This document shows positions 56,804 through 64,000 of a DNA stretch of 64,000 nucleotides, in pieces. Under the pieces are notes generated by a model that had not been told where the DNA came from, ran no database searches, and saw nothing but the letters and a program-made list of their open reading frames with translations. Within the stretch, counting starts at the first letter, position 1. Each line of letters opens with the position of its first letter. Source of the stretch: Amphiscolops sp. MND2022 (Eukaryota); assembly GCA_964187785.1 (NCBI GenBank), contig OZ076412.1, positions 30,938,001 through 31,002,000 of the forward strand, given 5' to 3'. Position numbers and translations under genes: made by a program.

Positions 56804-57545
56804 TCGCTCGCTGCACTAACCCCTCAGCTGAGATCTGTGACCCTGTACCTCTACTAACTGTTGTTTCTTGTTTCTTTTCAACTAGATTAAAAGAATGTAG
56901 TGAGAATATATTACATACAACTTCACTTTAAACTTCGGTCAATCCTAAATAATAGAATCTTACCAAACTATTTCCTTAGTTCTAGAACACAGTTCTGAAA
57001 CATTCAACTATTCTTAGTGTTTTTTGTTATGTGGACTAGTTTCTTCAATGAAAAATTGAAGTTTCCTGGAAATTACTTTTGTACCCTGGTAGAGACTACA
57101 ATATGATCTCAACTGGGGATGCATCACCATGGAACCCCTGCCAAAAGCCTACTTATCATTTAGGAATCTGAGTCGGAAAGTGGATCAAGTTTTGAAAATG
57201 CGACATTAGGTTAATCACTTGCTTAGTGAGGTTAGTATCCAAATTTACATGGTTTCGAATTAGCATGTTTAACTTATAAGCTTACCTTATTTTGTACTAT
57301 TCACAAGTTTTATACGGGTCTATATCAATTAGCGGACCCCATCAAATAGCCGATTGATCAATTGGTGGACTATCAGCTGCTTCTAAAATATCAAAATATT
57401 ATTGGATGAGAAATCGTCGCTGACATACTCAGACTGTGTGATACTTACCACTAGTGAGCGGAATGGAAACTGAAATGCATGCGAAATCGTCCAATTGCAC
57501 AAAGGTCTAAGCCGTCGTCTATTGGTACGGTACCCGTTTTATATG

Positions 57546-58900
57546 TTAATAATAATAGTTCAGAAAAGTTTATTTATTGACGATATGAAGTTACTTTGAA
57601 TAATGTCAAATTATAAACATCAAAAGGACGAAAAAAACATTGCAGCTCGACGTTCAAGTTTTCGCCCTGACCACCAACTTCACTTCCAAAAGATACCTAT
57701 TTTGATTCACCGCTTAAGTAACAAGTTTCATGGAAAATCAGAAAGACTAGAAGTAAACACTAAAGATTTCAGAATTGTTCGAGGTAAAATTGTTAACAAT
57801 GTTTGTTATCACACTTTTAACTGACGATTCTGATAAAGTTTTCAAATTACTGGGTATCTAGGTTGGGAGCATGTAACCAATAGTCTGTTCCAAGGACTGT
57901 GTTTTTCAATGAACGTCGTTGAAGGATAGTTTCGAGAGAAAGTTTTTGCTTAAAAACCTTTCGCTTTTCTCCGAGTGTTCATATCGAGGCAATCGAATTA
58001 CGAGATGCATAATCGAACGGCGACTCATCTCTAAGCTGTCTCAGGCTGAACAACTCCCGTACAAGCTCAAAAACATACATTTCATAAACAGTAAAGATAT
58101 TTTGTTTTTTGTACATATTCTGTGGAGATTGGCATGGTTTCTTGGAAAAACTCCGCCTAATATTCTTCACTGAGCGTTTTCAGTCATTTCAAGAATAGTT
58201 TTCGCAGTAGCGCCATGAACTATTAAACCATAAGCGGTAATTGGTTTCGCCATTATTTTATTGGAGACAAGTAAAAATCTGGTGGAAAATATGTCTCTCA
58301 TATTATACATCAAACCGCAAAATTTGTTCCTTTTTTTAAATGTAAAGAATATAACCTTTGAAATTGAGTTTTGTGTCACTTTGTACACAGGTATTTGCAG
58401 AGTCCTTTCAATTGTAGATCCGTGTCGAAGGCGTCGTTAAGGAGGGGCTGTACACAGTATAAGCCGACAGCTTCACATTTTGCCACATTAACAGTTAATT
58501 TGTATGTGACAAGCCTTTTTCTGGCGCGTTGAATATCGCAGGCATTTTCTTGTGTTGTACTCCGACCAAAGTTATATACAATTGTACTGTCAGCGAATAA
58601 AGTTTTTCACTTCTGAGACAATTCTTGAGCAGATCGTATTGTAGATGAGAAGGAGAAATTTGCCTGTGACGGTGCCCTTTGCAATTTTTCTCGTTAATTA
58701 TTGTATTCTTGATTTGTATTTTTTCACTTCAACAAGATGTATTTTATCTGTTAATTAATGTCTTTTGATATTGAGTACTGGTCCTCTAAACCGATATCTG
58801 AACAGCTCCTCCAAGAGAACCGAATGGTCAAGCGTATCGAAAGTTTTTTCGATCTAATCCTAAGCCGCCCTTGCCAATTTCGTTTCTGATGTAATCTATA
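57546..58900 (-). mobile_element. 5'-truncated, decayed L2/CR1-like LINE (RT C-terminal half; approximate limits)
   Basis: KTFDTLDHSVLLEELFRYRFRGP (~58780-58845), GTVTGKFLLLIY, TLFADST (degenerate FADD), AKPITAYGLIVHG..LEMTENAQ.KNIRR; short TAT tail at ~57546. Confidence 0.8.
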
Positions 58901-61315
58901 ACCTACTAACTTCACGTAGAGCAAGAGAACAATTTCCATTGCTTCAAAAACCAAACTGATTAGACAAAATAACATGAAACACTGAAACAAATAACATATT
59001 TTTAAGGACAAAGGACAGAAGCTAGCAAAAAACTCGAATGACGAATAAAACATCAACTAAGTGAAATAAAGCACTGGCCATGATGATATCAGTAATGAAA
59101 CTCTCGTATACTGTCAGCCCAATATGGGTAGTTTTTTTTAAGTTATATCAAAAAACAATCATCGACAGTAAAAATAGAAAAAGCTAAAGTATTTCCATTT
59201 TTCAGAGATGAACCTGAAAGCTTTCGTGTTTTTAGCTCTAGTCTTCAATAAGCAAAATTGAGCTAGAAGCGGAATTTAGCTGGCAATTCAGGCTATTCGC
59301 AGAAAAACACGCTCCAAATTATAATGTGAAATTCAATCCACTTGAACTAACACCCTATCTTTATAAGGCATGTTGAAGCTGTGACGAAAAACTGAAGCTA
59401 TTGAGGACTCGTTCATATGTTTTTTTTTCTAATTCGTTTTTCTCTTTAAACATCTACAATTGGTCTCATCATTATTAGATCTGTCATGAAACTAACTCAA
59501 AACCTACTAAATAGACCACAGGAGGATGTATAGAGCAATTTTTAATGGGTACATCATTAGTCAGGAGAGCATATTTTTTTTACCATCTTGGAATGGCTGA
59601 GGTAGTTGAAGTATTCAATTTTTCACGAATCAATTCACTTGAGTTATACCTTGATACAAACTTAGTTCATCACGAATACAACAATTAAAGAAGAAAAGAT
59701 TATTTTTAACCTAAGTGTTCTGAAATGTCCTAAAGAGCTGAATGTCCTTGGAAAAGCTTACGAAATGTTAAATTTGGGCAATTTGGGTTCTAGGTGAATA
59801 AAAGAACTCAACTTGAAAGAAAATGAAAATTCAAAGTCACTAGATCGATAACAAGGAGTTTTTGGAAGTCTTTTCAAAAATCCAAAACCTTGTATTCTCT
59901 TCTATATTACAACAAATTTCAAATACACTGCAAAGGCTTCTCAAGGCCTAGACCTTGACAATGTGTAAAGCTTTTCTTTGTGATCATTTTTTAAAATGTG
60001 TTTTAGAGAGCTTGTTCAGATAGAATATTCTGTATTTTTTCCTTTGAACGAAAAATATTGCCGTAAGAGTTTTTAGCAGCTCCTCGCGTTGATCCAACAT
60101 TTAGTTCATGCATTGTTACAGTATAAGGAAACTTGTTGTCATGAACAAAAAAGATTTTAAAGTCATGCTATGACTGAAATGTACCCATATATATCCATTA
60201 TATCAACTAAATGTTTTATGCTTTTTTTTCAAAAACGCTTACTGAAAACGACGAGTAGTGATCACTGCATGTCTGGTGATTATTGATCGAATAGATTGTG
60301 ACCTAATTTTTCTCTTGTTTTGATCCGTGGAGACAATTGTTAACTAGAATTCATGCTAGTCCACGTATGCCAAGGCTGCTTCTTTATTACGATTCCAGTA
60401 TTCGACGTAAGTGAAGTATACAATCACATATCCGATAACGAACAGATTTCAAAGAAGCTATCGAGATTACACATTTCGTTTAAAAAATTGAGAAAAAATC
60501 CAGAACAACTTGGAGAAAATGAAATCGAGTAGCTGCTAAGGGAAACGAAGAAAAACCGTAAGAATCAGCTTCAGATGTTTTGCTATTACTTTTAGTTAAC
60601 ATTTTCAATGTAAGCCTTTTTGTTTTTTGGTATTACCAAGGTGTCCAATACTAAATACAGTCACAACGGTCTCAAAATTTTTGACTCACACCAAGCAATT
60701 TGTGAAACACAAAGATAAATAAAGTATTTATGACCCAATACAGAATTTTTTACAATCGTTAAGAATTGGTCATTGATCTTTGTCTTTGGATAAGTGATTA
60801 TCGTGAGAATACAATACGACGCCAATCGGAGAAGTTTTGATTTCTTCAAAAATTGAGGAAAGTTGGTTTTCGCACCTACCAAAGTGCGTTTTTAAGAATT
60901 CACAAAAATGTAAGTGAGACTATGATGCATCAAAATGGTGCTTCAGAAGCATTGATACTGCTGAAAGTTCTACTAATTTTTAGAAGGGTTTTCTAATATG
61001 GGCATTAAAGAGTTGGAGTTGGGACAAAATAGAATGCGCAAAATAGTTGGATCGCTGGACAACACTGTTCTCAATATTCAAATTAGGCCCAGAAAAGGTA
61101 TGATAAGTACTTAACTAATGCGAGGAAGCTGCTAACAGTTTCAAAGCAAAAACGTTAAAGCTACAAAATTTTAGCTTCTCCATCAGGAGACCTCAACTGA
61201 ACTACGGATAGCGATCAATGAATCATGGTTGATCTTCCAAGAACAACCATGAATCATGGAGGAATATCCATGAACATCCATGAATCATGGATTGTTACTC
61301 ATGAAAGCAACTCTA

Positions 61316-61730
61316 TGTAAGGGCAAGCAGCAATCGGTCGCTTAACGCATTACTAAAGGTGGAGGAACCTTCAGAATGGGTTCATCGCCCGGGACAGGTG
61401 CCATCGTCACAAGTCCAGTTTGCCTTCAGAGTGAATTGCGTCCTGTGAGGCCGTGGGGCAGGTCCCGCTTTGTCATAAGACTTACCAATTGTTCCTGGTC
61501 TTTCACTGCTAATGGTAACGGGCACCTTTGAGGCTCTGCTTCGACCACTGTTTAACTAGCATATAAAAACAATGCCGAGAATAAAGTAAACTTCCATTTC
61601 CAGGGAGGGTAGCTTAAGATCATCTAAAATAGGCAAATGAGCCTTCGAGCTCAACAATACAGCTACAATTGGTTAAAATACAAACAATCACATTTTCAAA
61701 CGGCAGACCACACAGCTGCAAGCTCGCTAC
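61316..61730. mobile_element. Truncated, diverged relative of the solo LTR at 14118-14889
   Basis: TGTAAGGGCAAGCAGCAATCGGTCGCTTAACGC vs TGTAACGGCAAGCAGTTATCGGTCGCTTAACGC; shared ctagcatataaaaacaatgcc and ccacacagct(a/g)caagct. Confidence 0.8.
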
Positions 61731-63546
61731 TTAAATATGCTGAAATCCATGAAAAACCGGGTGTTCCCTAGTCGAGATTGCTTGAACTTTTTACATGCTG
61801 CATGGAAACATGTAGGCTAATTTTTTTTATAAAACATGGAAAATTCCGGGACCGTGGATGGAAACATTTTGTAGGATTACAATGCAGCCTTCACTATTTG
61901 AATTAAATCTGAAAACAATTCCACTTCTTCGCCGCAGCGATCACTTTGTTTTCACGCGTAAGTTTCTCATGTAAGTACCGTATGTTATCACCGTTAGCCA
62001 AATAGCACGCTGAATATGACGCTACTTTGAAACTTAAAAAGTGACTGAAGATTATTTGCGTTGAAAGCGCGGTAAAATTGATTAAGGTCTCAGCTGCTTT
62101 CAAAATTAGAACAGCGTCTTTATGAAACCTGCAAAACGTCGCGGCGCAGAATTGCCACCAAATTTAAGATGCATTTTATAGGCAGCTTGATAAAATTAAA
62201 TCGAATCAGTGAAGATTTAATGCATGGACATTCCTTTGAGAATCTTATAAAATCATAGAAAATTAGCTTGGTAACCTACAAAAACATGTAAAAAGTTCAA
62301 GCAGTTCCAACCAGGGTTAGCACCTGTAAAAAAATTCCTTCAGAGGTTTTTACAGTCTTTATTCGCCCTTGAACTTTCTCGTTCACTGTGTTCTCGATCG
62401 GTCTGTTTCTGTCCTCGTTCTGCATACAAAATGGCGAAAATCACGTGCCCAATGCCACCTCAAACATCGGATAAGTATTTTTCACCAAAATTTTGCAACA
62501 TGCTTCTATCGCATATTATAAGGACACATTTTAGAGGCATAATTGCCGTTACACTAATTATACAGGGCAAATAGCCGATGTCCGTGAGCGTCATCATTTG
62601 TTCAAAATTTGTCTCACAAGAGAAAACGAACACAAAAAAGTATGTAGTTTGATATGAAAACAACTGCAAAAACTGATCCATTTCTGAGGTCTATGTAATA
62701 ATACATAATGAAACAAAGGATACAATTTATTTTAAACAAACTTCCAGTTGATAATAGTACAGAACGGTATGCATAATGTGCGAATTTTCAAGTACGATGT
62801 TTTCAAACATATAAAAGTGTCTGATATGGATAAGAATATGCATAAAGAATTGCTCGAAACTCACAATCTAAAAAGTTACTTCGGTGTTTTATGCACTAAT
62901 CATGGAATATTCATACAATGATATCATACATGATATCCATAACACTTGACATGGTTTAAAAATATATGTTCATGGATGATTTTCCATGAACAGACCATGA
63001 CAGAAAAGATGGTTGCAGCTGAATACACTGAAACTTTACATGCTGTTGTCACGGCCCGTTCCCGGCCGAGGCACCACTTATCATGGAGGAATCCATAAGT
63101 TTGCAAGAGGCCTCGGACACGTTTACGGGAACAACTACTGGAGTCGTTGCTTCTACAATAAAAGAATTAGTCAATAAACCTACTTACGTCACAGCTAAGT
63201 AGAGTTAGGAGAATTTTAAACACGAAGGCTAACGCAAACGTAACGTAAAATTTGAATCAAGTGAATTTCCAAAACAAACTTTTCCGGGGTAGTTTTTACG
63301 AATGATTATTTGTCACTTCCAGTTTGCTTCTCCAGACAATATCCATGCTAATCTAAATATCAAAGAACAATCATAAAATTTATGAAAGAAATACAAAATT
63401 GTTCCACCCTGGAAGAAAATACTTAGAATGATATTCAACTCCGCATTCTCTACGGATTCATACTATCTAAAAAAGAAACAACAGATAAGAAACACAACGG
63501 CTTGTATTAAATTTGAAGTAGTTGTCGGATTTTAATTTAAAATCAG

Positions 63547-63997
63547 TGACGTAATCTAAGCAAATAATCACAAGGTAATGGCTACATCCCCTAGAAAAAC
63601 TAGTATCTCAGGATACCTTTTCATTGGACCAATAATATTGCTGGTTGGCCGGTATCTTCACATATAGGCCAATAAGAGCGATTTTGTGACGTTACCGCTA
63701 AACGATTTGAAATGATTTCTGCTAACGCCTGACTTAGCTATCACGTCACACCTATTGTCAACTATAGCTAATCTTAAAACGTACGTCACTACTATGTCAC
63801 GTTTGAAGGTTGTTCATAGGAGTAGGGTGTCTTTCCTCCTATCTAAACGAATAGTTTTCTGCAAAACCGGATGTAGTCTTATTGTGAATTAGTTTATAAC
63901 TAAGTTAAGAAAGCTGTGTTGTAAAATAGTTTGAAGGACTGTTCTCTATCTTTGAGATATCCGAGATTCACACACAAAATCAGGTGACCTTACGTCA
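63547..63997. promoter_or_regulatory. Promoter-like cluster of TGACGT (CRE/ATF-type) and CCAAT motifs
   Basis: TGACGT/ACGTCA at 63547, 63687, 63743, 63783, 63992; CCAAT/ATTGG at 63623, 63629, 63669. Confidence 0.35.
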
Positions 63998-64000
63998 AGA

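Overview
AT-rich eukaryotic (metazoan) genomic DNA with no prokaryotic-type operons or CRISPR. The repeat families resemble those I recall from acoel flatworm assemblies, which is unverified. The window contains one spliced host gene on the + strand, with six recognisable phase-1 exons between 11986 and 56803. It encodes a low-complexity/acidic protein ending in three copies of an unfamiliar SG(V/I)xYxxIRxR motif. Its two giant introns (22.6 kb and 18.6 kb) hold three LTR retrotransposons, all antisense to the gene. (1) A 19.2-kb Ty3/Gypsy element (15044-34245) whose integrase has a long C-terminal extension (AT-hook-like RGRP cluster, Cys motif, tandem TARG1/Poa1p-like macrodomains), followed by a ~5-kb non-env accessory block (a ~1016-codon ORF with an SGNH/GDSL-like domain, and a 344-aa orphan ORF). 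It also has a PBS displaced 16 nt from the LTR and an apparent 3-bp target duplication. (2) A 6.2-kb non-autonomous BEL/Pao derivative that keeps a 1172-aa ORF open. (3) A 9.8-kb Gypsy element (45683-55461, TSD GACGT) whose 1564-bp LTRs contain the first 198 codons of gag, with a second internal PPT/LTR-start module. The remainder comprises decayed Tc1/IS630-type transposon copies, a MITE holding a solo LTR, a LINE RT fragment, LTR fragments and dispersed repeats. All calls come from reading the sequence by eye; no database searches were run.
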